A stretch of DNA of 64,000 bases from Lama guanicoe (Eukaryota). Positions 14,167 to 26,384 of the stretch are shown one piece after another; within the stretch, counting starts at the first letter, position 1, and each line of letters begins with the position of its first letter. The notes under the pieces were generated by a model. That model was given only the letters and a program-made list of their open reading frames with translations, was not told the DNA's origin and searched no databases. The stretch is taken from NCBI GenBank assembly GCA_013239625.1, contig MU056050.1:2156084-2220083 (forward strand), in the 5' to 3' direction. The translations under genes were made by a program, and so were the position numbers.

Positions 14167-14392
14167 TTTTTGTTTGTTTGTTTGTTTGTTTGTTTTTTAA
14201 CATTTTTTATTGATTTATAATCATTTTACAATGTTGTGTCAAATTCCAGTGTAGAGCACAGTTTTTCAGTTATACATGAACATATATATATTCATTGTCA
14301 CATTGTTTTTCTCTGTGAGCCACCATAAGATCTTGTATATATTTCCCTGTGCTATACAGTATCATCTTGTTTATCTATTCTACAATTTCGAT
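14167..14392 (-). mobile_element. 5'-truncated, relatively young L1 3' end with (TTTG)n tail
   Basis: (tttg)n/poly-T tail followed by ttttattgatttataatcattttacaatgttgtgtc...atatttccctgtgctatacagta, typical of artiodactyl L1 3' UTRs; imperfect flanking repeat tggctg(g)tttt on both sides. Confidence 0.7.
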
Positions 14393-15709
14393 TGGCTGTT
14401 TTCTTTAGACTTCTCCTTTCATTGTCTCCGAACGCTGATGAGGAAAGAATTCTTACCTACCCACTTCCCCGGGCTTTTTAGAGATCAGGAGATTAGCTCA
14501 GAAAAGATACAAGACTTGTCCAAAGTCTCACAGCTAATCCATAGCCAAGCTTGGTTTCCAGTCCAGGTTGGTGAGACTCTTAACCGAGAGTACCTTGCTC
14601 TTCTCATTTTACTCAAGCATCTCAGTGAGACAGAAGGCCAGCCCCGAAGTCACATAAGAGCATTTGCAAAGAGATAAATGTCTATGAAGAATGTATGAAC
14701 TAGAAATTCATGAGGGTGAAGTAATCAGAGAGAAAAAGTTTGGAAAAACAAGGAAAGCTTTGTGACTCTAAATTTGAAACCCCTCCAAAGGGCCAATATG
14801 AAATGTATCTGAGCAGGTACCAATTACATCTGCATCACTCTCTTCCCCCCAGCCACACTCATATTCATTCATTCATGCTCTCCCCCTCCTCAACACACAC
14901 ACACAAACACATTCACTTCTCTCCCTGCTCTTTTGTCCCCCTTCTTTCTCTTGCTCTCTTTTCTCTCTTTCTCTCCTCATCTGCCCCATTCATATTATTA
15001 GTATGCCAGGAAATAACTAGATTATACCTGATTTTTCTAAAATTTTACTAAAACAAAAGCATTATTCAAAAAATAGACTCCAAAAGAGGCAGCCAGGAGT
15101 AACCTAAGCTTGAAGAAGTGAACTTTGCCGCTTACCAGACCTGAGGATGTACCTGAAACAGGGGCCCACTTGGTTTAGAGAGAAAATAGTTTAAATAAGA
15201 ATGAGTCATGCTGTTTTGCTTGCCAGTAACAACTGTTCCGTTCTGCTCCCTTCCTGTTCCAGGTATTCTTGTTCTGTTCTCTACTCATTCCCTCCCATTT
15301 TTAATGTTCTAAATAAAAAATTCAAAATGCTCAATGTCACATGTTGTGATCACTGACACCTTAGCAGACTGCATGTAAACACAGAGCTCACTGGGCTAGA
15401 GCCTGGCCTAGCAGGCAAAGGAGGTGGGCTTGAAGGGAGAAACTCCCACTGGTCCACAATGCCAGGAGCCCAGTCACCTCCCTTGGGTACACAGCTTCTT
15501 TGGCAGCTCACGATTCACTTTCTTCTCCAAATGGAGATAGGATACAGCAGCATACCAACGGAATGAGGAGCGGGGACTGGGCAGGGGTCCAACATCCTAC
15601 CATGCATTTAGAAAGCCACAGGCAGTTTTCAGCTTAAAAGTAGCCAACTTTAAGATTCTCGTTCCCCTTGTCCAAAAAAATCTCCATTATAGTCAACCAT
15701 CCCTTCCTC

Positions 15710-15744
15710 TGCCTCCCTCCCTGCCTCTCTCTCTCTCTCTCTCT
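15710..15744. repeat. (CT)n microsatellite
   Basis: tgcctccctccctgcctctctctctctctctctct. Confidence 0.85.
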
Positions 15745-15869
15745 GTGGAAAAATAAAAAATCCCATCTGAAATTAACAAGAAAAGATCACTTCCTACCCA
15801 ATGTTCTAACAAGATGAATTGAAAAAATTCTATTTTCTCCCCTTGGCCCCTCACATCATATCCTCTAAA

Positions 15870-16156
15870 ACGGTGCTGCTCAAACTATCTGTGAAGAAGG
15901 GCCAGTTTTTTCCCTGAATATTCATATAATAAAGGCACAACAAAAATAAAGGACTAAGAAAACATGAAATAAACAAAACAAGATAAATCAAATACAAGCC
16001 CAATTTTTCTTAGTATTAGATTCAACAGCCATATTATCCTATCAGATTGCTGTGAAGGTTTATGAAGGCTTACACTCAATTCCTTTCCTTGCATCATCTC
16101 GGACTGGTAACAAACAGCAGACGAGCACCAGTTCACACGCACTCTGGGTAGTGCTA
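15870..16156. mobile_element. hAT-Charlie-type MITE relic
   Basis: Ends cggtgctgctcaaa... and ...tctgggtagtgct resemble CAGTG-type hAT TIRs; AT-rich interior. Confidence 0.45.
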
Positions 16157-16384
16157 CTCTAAAGATCTTCATAACAAGTTCTTTTTCCTCTCTACTATTT
16201 ATATGCCCAATACCTTGCTCACTCCACTGCAAGGAAGACAGAAGGTGGTCTCTTTAAGAACCGTATAAACAAATTGGACAGACCAAACTTGCACAACTTA
16301 TGATTATTGGCATGAACATAGAACAGGTGCTGGGACAGGGAATGAAGGGAAGGCAGAGTGTGGAGACTCAAAACTCTGCATAGC

Positions 16385-16690
16385 ACGGCCAGAGAAGGGC
16401 TTTCAGAAAAGGTGACTTTGAAACAATGATCTGAACGGTGAGAAAGGTCCAATTATGTAAAGAATCAGGGAAAGTTCATACACATAGGGAACAACACATG
16501 CCAAGGTCCTGAGGCAGAAAAGGGCTTGATATCTTCTCTGAATTGTTAGAAGGTACTTTTGGCTACAGCAGAGTGAGTGACAAGATTCAGATTATTTAAG
16601 GTCAAGTTTTAACTTTTTCCAACAGAAAGCCACTGAAGAACTTTAAGCAGGGGAGAGACATGATCTGATTTTGGCTTTTAAAAAATCAAT
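16385..16690. mobile_element. L2 LINE relic
   Basis: agagaagggctttcagaaaaggtgactttgaa...gccaaggtcctgaggcag...aagccactgaagaactttaagcaggggagagacatgatctgattt. Confidence 0.7.
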
Positions 16691-19600
16691 GTCAAATGGA
16701 TGGATCATATGGTATTTAAATTATACCTCAATGCAAGTGTTAATGAAAAACAGATCAGTGGCTATTTTTCCCAAATAGTACTTAGATCAACTTGTAATTA
16801 TTTGTAATTCCCACTGGACTAAAGTGCCATGAGGTCAGGGACCAAGTTTGATACAGTTCACCATTGTACGAGCAGACAGCACTTAGAAGGTTTCAAAGTA
16901 TGCTTGTTGATTAGATTAGAGAATAAAACAGTGAGTGAACAATACACGCAATCCATAATCAAGTGCTAATTTATATGGTGTAGTCTTTAACTTTGCACAT
17001 TACACCCTCCCAGGAGGATAGACCTGCTTCTAGAAAAAGACTATGTCTCTCATTAGCAATCTGATAACTTGAGTCACCACAATTACTGTGCATTTCCTTA
17101 TCACAGCATCACTCCGATGAACAACTCAGATGGCACTAAAGGCAGGGCCAGCCTTCATCCAAATTGTGAGAAAGACACTTGGCTTTGGCAGCCTTCCACC
17201 TCTCATTCTACTGCTCTTATCTTCCCTATAGGCAAGCCACCTTTCTCATTTCTCACCCGTAATCTACCATCAACTCCATGAAAGTCACCCAACTTATCTT
17301 GTCTCTGTTTTCCTCTCTGTACAAAATGTACCCTAAGAATAGTTTTACATGAAGGAAATCTCCACGTAATATCTTAAAAATAAGTGTTCTAAAAGTAAGC
17401 CTTGAATACACTGATTTCCAACTCTGAATTATTCACACTACCAAAAGGGAACAGAATTGCAGTGTTGTGTGTCTAAATCAAGGGAGACAGGATAATACCA
17501 AGGTCATTTGAATCTTTGGAAGACTGAGTTGTCTGACTATTCTCAAATCAGGGACAATTAGTGTTTGGGTGCCACTTGTGTAATTAGTGTCTGTGTAAAA
17601 GATGGCCTTGGAGAATTAATCAAACGCAGCTGACAAGGCCCTGCATTAGGCACAGAGGTCATGATTGGTTTAATACTGTTGAATTCAGATATGAGCAACC
17701 GTGCACCAGTTCAAACAGATATGATGTGATTGACAAGCAGTCACAATTGATGAAATTGACGAAATATAGAAGAACTTACAAATCCAAACAAATAGTCTCC
17801 CTCTCAAATGAATAACTTCCGGATAATATATTCATATTTCCAACCAATGTTGCCATTGTTGCTCAGAGGCAAATAGTCAAGTGTACAGATACTTAGAACA
17901 TAGAAAATGAGAAAGTAGAGTTTCAACCCACCCTATCTGTGAGCAGTAGGATTGCCTCCAGTCTTTCTCTGCTTTCTCTCATCTCTTTTAATCTCTCCCC
18001 CTGCACAGTTTACTGGACCAACCAACGGAAAGGAGACAACCATGGCAGTGAGTGAAAAACAAAAACCAAAATTAAACAAATAAAACATAATTTCAACCAA
18101 ACAGAATTGGTGAAATGCAGGTAGCACTCAAGTTTGATATATAAACACACAAAAATCATGGAGTATCTGATCATCACTTCTAGTTATTAAATCCCTATGA
18201 AATAATAAAATGGGCTCAACAGAAATTCCACTTAGTACTGCTGGGAATTTGGAATCTTGGAGCCACTTAACAGTGATATTGTGGTGTATGCATAAATTTA
18301 TTACACAGAAGGCATGTGATAAAGAAGGAGGGCAAGAGTCCATAAGCATCAACAGTGTGCAAGAGTCTATGGTAACAACTGGCAAAAGGGGGCACAATTG
18401 GCCCTCTTACTACCTGGTAGAGAATACAGAGACAAATTTGATATAGCTGTTTCCTGATCATTATTTTACTAATTGAAATGCTTCTTGAAGAATGAAATTT
18501 CAGTAGACCTCCGGAGCTGAAGTAAGGGTCCTTTCTAGACAAAGGAAACAAAACAAAGGTCCCCAGGTTAAAAAGGGCATGATGTGGATAGAGCATGGGG
18601 TCTCTCGGAGGAAAAGGTATGGATAAGGCCAGAGGGCAAAAGATAACAGATAATGGAAATCCTGGAAGGTCAAGTCAAGATATTTAGCTGTTAATATGTC
18701 TATAGAAAGTAAGGAATCATTGTAGTGATTTAGGGAAAGGAGTAGTATGCTGTAACTGATATTTTAGGAAGATAAATTTGTTATGCAAAGAATAAACTGG
18801 AGAGGTAAAGAACTGGAAGTCAGAGCACCAACTAGGAAGCTAGGATGATAACCTAGGCCAATGGTTCTCAAACATGCTTGTGCTTCAGAGTCATCTGTTC
18901 AGCTTATTTAAAAAAAAAAACAGGTTTTTGGACCCCATCCTCAGTGACCCAATAGGCTTAAAGTGCCACTAATTGAAAGAAGGCCTACAGGAAGAGGAAG
19001 AGATTTTAAGGAAATATAACAACTTTGCCCTGGGGCACATTCTTTTTAAGACGCACAGGGAATAAGGAAGTTAATTTAGTTGGTGGGCAGTTAGAAAAGG
19101 GGATTCTAGGAAAAAAGAGAGTCTCTAATTGGAAACTCATTTGTGTCTCATTCAAAGTGAATTCGAGTTGAAAATCCCAAAAGAAAACAAGAAATTAACC
19201 TGTTCTATAGACTCTAAGTTCTCAAAATGTAACAAATTCATTGGCTGAGATAATATGGATCATAAAGTTTACCCTCTTGAAAAAGTTGATTCTCAGAGTC
19301 CATCTATATGAGAAACCATGACTATCTACTACCCCCGCAACACTCAAAAATTTTAATGGAGAAAAGGCAAGAGAAAAAAAGAAGAAATTCTAATACCTTT
19401 GGTTAGATGAGGATGATTTGGAGATGCCAGGAGAAGAAACTGGTTTTGAAGCAACAAATGAACTGCTATGATTCAGTGAAGGGATAGAGCAGTGACTATA
19501 AAACAAAATGAGCCATCCTTTCCCACAAAAATATCAAAGAAATCTACTGGAACACATTTTGTCTTTGGTCAAAATATATTATTTTAAATTATATAAATTT

Positions 19601-20019
19601 TAATAGCAGATGTAGCTCAGCGAGGAAATGGTAGATAGAGAAATAGAGATTTCATGATTATCATTTCATGACAGAGAAATTTCCTTTGAAGTCAGACATG
19701 TTTAAATACACATATTAAGTAAAAAGCTATGGGTTTTCTGTCCATTTTTAAGCAGTTGCTATTGGAACAAGTGCCTGGGTCAGGCACTGAAATCCTGAAA
19801 CAAAAGTGAAACTAACTAAAAAGATTTAAAGAGCTTTATTTTGTTCTGACCCAAGGGTATGAGTTAAACAGTAAAAACTTGTAGACTTACTTATCACATA
19901 TTTAGACTAGTAGGCAAATTTATACTTTTTCTAAAGACAGGAATTTTGTGATAATAAAAAAAAACCCATCTGTAGTCACATGTATTGCTGTCTGGTCACC
20001 ACACAACTTCTGCTCACAG

Positions 20020-22235
20020 CAGTATTCAGGAGACTCCTGGCTTTTATCAGCACCTGTCTCCTGACTTTCATCTTTCTGCCACTGACCTCCCCCTCTTAAT
20101 TTTCCCCTTTATCACCCAGATGTTTAGCATTCATTTTTGTTGTGCTAGTGTATCTACAGAGATTTTAGAGAGATCTCAGTCTGTTTTCTCAACCTGAGGC
20201 CCTCTTGTGACCAATTCTTCAAGAGAAATGTAGCAAGAGTATGGACAAGTGCAGTGTCTTAAAATAAGAAGGGAATATGGACCAGATGACCAGCCTGCCA
20301 GCTCCTGCCCCTTAGCCAGAACTTCTATAACTGTCTTTCATCTTTTAGTCTCCCCTATATCATTCAGATGGTTGGAGGTCATTTCTGTTGCATTGTGTGC
20401 GCTCAGAGTTTCTCGACAGACATATTCCCACCTCAGGGTCTCTACGTAGCCAACTCAAGAAGTAAATTCTAGCAAGAGGGATGGACAAGTGAGGTATCTT
20501 AAAGTAATCAGACAGGTAGACAAAGTGAACCAGGAGCCAGCCAACTTCTCCCCTGAATCAAGACATTTCTCCTAACTTTCATCATTCTACACCATCATTT
20601 TATTTCCCTTTTTATACACTCTACATGTTTTCTTTTCCTGTTCTGTTTACATTGGTTTCACAGATACATGGCTTCAATATGAACACTGTGAGGGAGAGCA
20701 CCCAGCCCAAGGACTAACATCTAGCAACGTTTTCTAGAAGAGTGTAATGTCTTACATTTACATATCAGAGAAGGAGGACCAGGAGCCTGATACCTCTTAC
20801 TTTTTAGCCAGAATCCATCTTTTACACTATCAGTTCCTACTGTTGTTTGTTTGCTGGTCAGCTTGGTTGCATTAGTTATTTCACTGATGCTGTGGGTCGA
20901 CTCGGGCCCCAACTCACAACTTTCGTAACTGTGGTGATACACAATAATAGACTCTAGCAATTTTTTCTAGAAATAAAAAACAGTGGGATAGATATAGGAG
21001 GTAGACCAGGAACTAGCAAAATCTCCCTTCTTAGCCATCTTCTCTCTCCTCACTTCCGTCTTTCTGCCACTGACCTCTACCCTTTTATTCTCCCCCTTTA
21101 CCATCCATATGTTTGGTGATCATCTCTTTCGTGTTAATGTCTTTTGAGAGGTTTTAGGAGACTCAGTCTCGATTTTACCACCTTTGAAGACTGTGGTTCA
21201 CCAGCCCCAGGAGGAGATCTAAGCTGAGGTTATGAATGGGTGAAATGCTTTACAACAATGGGATAGTAGGAGAAGGAGGATCAGGAGCAGGCTCCTGCAC
21301 CTTACTCCATCCTTCACTCCTAACTTCCATCTTCCCACCATTGACCCTATTCCTCAGTTACTCCATTTTCCCTTCTGGATGCTGTATCATCACCTGTGCT
21401 GTGTTAGTGTCTTTACAGAGGTTTGGGGGGATCTTCAGCCTGCCTTTTGGGTTATAGGTGTCACATTCATAAAAACTCATGAAATATTATTATGAGATAC
21501 TGTAATGCCTTAAAATGTTGGGATCGGAGGAGAAGGAAGACCAGAATCCAATCAAATCTACCCTTAAACTGAACCTCTCTCTGAATTGCCATGATCCTTC
21601 CCTCTCTCACCTCCTTTTCCCTTCTACCTGTTGGACGTCAGCTCTGCTGCATTAGTATCTCTGAAGGGGCTATGGAGAGAATCAAGATTTAATTTTTACA
21701 ATCTTATGGACTGTCAGTGCCACTTGAACCATGGAATTTAGCAATATTTGATACAAAAAGAAAATTCTTTTTTTAAAAGGTATCAGAAATAGGATGATCA
21801 AGTCAACCAACTCCTGCCTTTTAACCAGAACAGCTTTCTTTTTTATAACCCTTCCTCTCCTATTCAACTCCTTTGTCTTTTGCCCGTCTATGTCCTTGAT
21901 ATTTGTTGGTCAGGTCTGCTGCATTAGTGTTTTTCCAGAGGGATTAGGGAGAATCCAGCCTTGATTACCTCAACCTTGAGAACTGTGACTTGCTGTATCT
22001 AAATGCTGGGCACCAGGGCAACATCAAGCCATAGAATCTGATTCGAGATTACAAACAAGCAAAATGTACACAAATAGTACAGAGGGAGAATTAGGACCAG
22101 CAGCCAGCCAGCTCTTACCCTTTAGCAACAAGATCTCTCCTTTCATCTCCCTAAATGCCTCTCACCTCCTTTTATTTCTACCACACCTCTGCTCTCTCCA
22201 TTTTGTCCATGGGGCTGTGTTAGTACTTTCCGCCC
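20020..22235 (+). repeat. Degenerate tandem array, about 9 units of 230-300 bp
   Basis: Recurrent motif (G/A)GACCAGGAGCC-like at about 20025, 20285, 20529, 20778, 21005, 21280, 21540, 21797 and 22096. Exact 19-mer TCTTTCTGCCACTGACCTC at 20071 and 21059; exact 14-mer TCTGCTGCATTAGT at 21643 and 21915; TAGCAAGAG..ATGGACAAGTG at 20231 and 20470. Confidence 0.85.
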
Positions 22236-22259
22236 ATGTGAATGGATAAGTCTTCAGGG

Positions 22260-23210
22260 CAGTCGGTAGGAGCTAGTGTTGCAGAGGTCTTGCCATAAGA
22301 AGAGCCATTTGAGGTGACCTTCCCCTCACTTGATTTGTGATTCTGTGGACACATTTCATCCCATGAGGACAGCCAGGCTGATTCTAGTCTCAGATATGTC
22401 AGAACACATTCCCAGATATGGCTGTCATAAAGCATGGGTTGACTGAGAAACTTCTAGGTTCTCAGTGGTATGGTCGCTGTGTGGTAGAGAGTTGAGCACA
22501 GAGGTGCCTATGAAGATGCTTCTGAACTACAGTATTATGCATTGGAGAGGAAGACACCCAAGTAGGGATATGTGTCTGGCCTGTGTGGCAGGGTGAAGCG
22601 TCCTAGGAGTAAGTGGAGGCGACTGGTGAGGTAAATTTGAGTTGGGCCCCTCCTTTAGTATCCCTGCTAAGAAAAAGGCAGTGAAGCAAAATGTTTCTGG
22701 AAAGGAATGGTTTGGTGAGTAACCAGACTGAAGTGCTAGCTCTTATTCCTTAAGACAGACATAAGATTTCTGGGACCCTTTCTCTCTCCTTCCCTTTTGT
22801 TAATCCTGTGTTGCCATTTTTACATGCTATGGGTCTGACGTAAACAGGAGTGTGATATTTATTGAAGTACAGATAGCACTGACCCTGGAACCAAGATGGT
22901 GGCAGAAGCGCTCTCAATCCCTCTCTTTCAAGGAAGGGGCTCCACCTTCCAGCCTAGGCTTTTAAGACACAGGAGAGCACCAGAGGGCCTGCTCTTCACC
23001 CCCACCAGCAGACAGATGGGCAGTTGGTCACTGCTCTTGTATAATACTTGCCAACTGGCAAATATGGTGTGGTACACTACGTGAATTAAAGCCATTTGTT
23101 AAAGTTTTGTCCTCGGCTCTTTATTTGTATGTATGTTTAGGGGGTTGGGGGTGGGAGTTGGGTAACAGTTTAGGCTGAAGCTCAAGCTGGAGCCTCTGCT
23201 CGGCTTTACA
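22260..23210 (+). mobile_element. Possible ancient LTR (Gypsy/MamGypLTR-like) relic
   Basis: Purine-rich body, ATTAAA at about 23085 followed by a T/G-rich tract and ending ...ggctttaca; no TSD seen. Tentative. Confidence 0.3.
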
Positions 23211-23554
23211 CACAAGCAAACCTCTCTGCTCATTGTAACGCAGAGGGGAGCAAATGGGAGAAAATACTCAGTCTAAGTTTCTTTCATGAAGGAGGCCTTT
23301 GGGAGAAAACTCATCCTAACAAGTTAATGTTAATTTTGAAAACACTTTGCGGTCATCGGAAAGGAGGAATGATTCTCAGTGATGTGCACTATTTGGTTCT
23401 CTGACCCACCTCCAATGACTCACATCCCACATATGAAAGAAAGAGGAATGGAGCTGTGAGCAAGAACTGAAAAATCTGCTTCACTGAAATATTTTCTCTA
23501 AGTGCCTTGTTGCCCATGTAAAGAAATGTAGAAATAAAAGAAGCAGGAGTCGAG

Positions 23555-24078
23555 ATGGTGACTAGAGTAGCATACAAGAGAGGGGCTTCTGGATATTGGT
23601 TACATTCCTGTGTTCAGGTTATGAAAAGTCATTAGGCTCTACTTAAAGATATGTGGACTTTTCTATATGATTATTATACTTCAATGAAAACTTAGAATGC
23701 AAAAAAGAGAAAAATTTAGAGAGCTAGTAGGGATTTGAGTAATACAGTGTATGCATTTATCAACTCATTGAATGGTACACTTAAGCTTTGTGCATTTTAT
23801 TGGATATAAATCTTACTGAAAGGAAGAAGGAAGAAAAGAAGGAGGGAGGGAGGAAGGAAACTGTAAACACTGAACTCTAGTTAATGACATGTATGCTTAA
23901 GTCTTTTGGTGTGAAGTATATTAATGCCTGCAATTTACTTTGCAAGATACCCCAAAAATGAAATCAATTGATGGATAGAAAAATATTAATTGTAAAGTCT
24001 GAATAGTGACTGGTTGTTCACTGTACAATTCTTTCAACTTTTCTGTAATATTTGAAAATTTTTATATTTAAATGTTGG
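23555..24078 (+). mobile_element. Old L1M 3' UTR fragments
   Basis: ggggcttctgg...tacacttaag...tgtgcattttattg, gttcactgtacaattctttcaacttttctgta...tgaaaattttt...aaatgttggg. Confidence 0.65.
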
Positions 24079-25004
24079 GGAGGAGAATCAGAAGGAAAGA
24101 GAAAGAAGTCTTCCCATTTCTTTATGAATATAAATGTTGGCTCAGCCCACTGAGAACCCAAATGCATCAGCACCAACTAGCAAGAGACAGCTATCCAGCA
24201 GAAATAGCAGGGATTCCTGGGAGAAGTGTCCCAGAAGATAACAACGCCCAGTGGAACTGGTGGTGGCCAGGTGAAGATGACTTGGTGTGAAGCTGAAAAG
24301 ATTCCGTCAGTAGGCTTAGGTGGCAGAGACACCACATGGTAACCAGAGCAGAAGAAGAAGAAAATGGTGGATGCTATTCAGTAGATGTCAAAACTCATTC
24401 ATGGATGCATGTGAGACATACCCTGGGGTTTGTACCATCGTATGCAACCAAGCTGTCAGTTTCGCTCTTTGGCATTTCTGTAAATTACGAATGTTGAAAG
24501 TACTCATCATTAGAATCTGAAGCAGTCTGTTGTGTTTGGAATGTCAAGCTGAAGAAAAGTTTTTTATATCTCTAGCTCAGGTCAACTTTTTCAACATTTC
24601 CCACTTATATTAATCATTGTATTTTCATTTAATGAAGAAAGACTAAAAATATAGGTAAATGAAACAAAAACACTTGCTTGAAGTTGGTACCTCTGTACTT
24701 GTGGCAGCTGCACTAAATAAAGGCACAGGCACTGAAGTGGAAGAGTGTATATTTTCTCCATCATGCCTGCAGTTTTGGAGCCAGAGTGCCCTAAGAATTA
24801 GTCCATATCAGGGTTGTTTGTTATGGTTTTGTTTTTTATTGATATATAACTGACATATGAGAATGTGTCCAAGGTTTTCCTAATTGCTAAGGAATGATCC
24901 TGGGGAGGGTACTCTCATTTCCTCCCCAACACTCTAACCAATACATACAGTGAGTAAGAACACACGAACTTCCACAATCATGATTCTCTTCAATCTCTTT
25001 CTAG

Positions 25005-25184
<180 letters not shown>

Positions 25185-26384
25185 TAGAAACCTTAGGCCA
25201 GCTTTTCAAAGCATCTCAGTATGGCCTTTATATATTTACAGCCATCTGGTGATCAAGTGGTCATCCTTCATAAGTGTTTCAAGGATGCTGAAAACACAAC
25301 CACAGGTGATGCTGTTGCATTTGAAAACTAAACTCCCAAATAAAGAAGCTGTTGAGAAGGAAGTCTTTTAAAACCTAGTGTTTGGGAATGTTAACTTAAT
25401 TTTTTAATGAATTTCATTTGTAATACGCTCACAATTTACACTATTATAAGAACCTGAGTTGGGCAAAGGGTGGGGGCAGTGGGAATAGGTAAGGAAGATT
25501 GATAGTCCGAAACAGAAAATTAGATTTTACATTATTTATGTGATTGCTTTGTGTTAATAAGTTTCGTGAACCTCAGTACACCCAAGTGAATTAGGCTCTA
25601 ATAAAGTGTGTGTTGCCTATACATATATTGAATGGAAATGTTTTCCTGCCTGCAAAAGTATCTTTAATTAGATTACCTAAGTTGCTCATTTTCATGAAAT
25701 CAAGATAAGAATATTAAAAGCAGAAAATCATGCTTAAAGTGCACATATTTCATATGTGTTCCCCTATGGCTAGAAATTCTATTATTTAAAAATCAGGAAT
25801 TAGATAAATTAGGGGAAAGTTACTTATGTTACACAAAGGATCCTTCCCATGTATTTTTTTAAGTAACCTATTCCCTTAGTGCATTGATTCAAATATGAAA
25901 CAAACTTTAAATTCTTCCTTCCTGATACAGTGAGAGTATGTGTGCACCATGGCTGTGGGATCCTTGTGACCAAGATGAGGGGTCAAAGTAGAGTCAAGGC
26001 TCAAGGCCCTTCCCTACACAGGGAGAGGGGAGGGGACATTTCCTTTCTCAGGGTTTCAAGCTACCCATCCTCACACCCTTCCTCCCTGACAAGAATAGAA
26101 TAAGGAAGACCAGAGAAGAGATACATTGTGAATCACCTATGCAGGTCTACCCTGAATGGGTCACATCAACATAATACAAGTGGGACCTTACTTTATGCAA
26201 TTGGTATGTTCTAGAAAAGTTGTGAATTGAACATTTTTTTTTTATCGATTTAAGCCGCTCACTAGCTAAGCAGCCCTCTGTAGCTGTAGAGATTACATTA
26301 TACATGCCAGGTTTCCAGATGTCCTCATATCTTTCCGTACATATGGTCACAATTCCTATGACAAATGCTTTGTAGTCAAATCTT

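Noticed and set aside
20020..22235. CRISPR array or miRNA/snoRNA cluster interpretation of the tandem units
   Set aside because: Eukaryotic intron; no identical short repeats with unique spacers, and no consistent hairpin or C/D or H/ACA boxes visible in the units.
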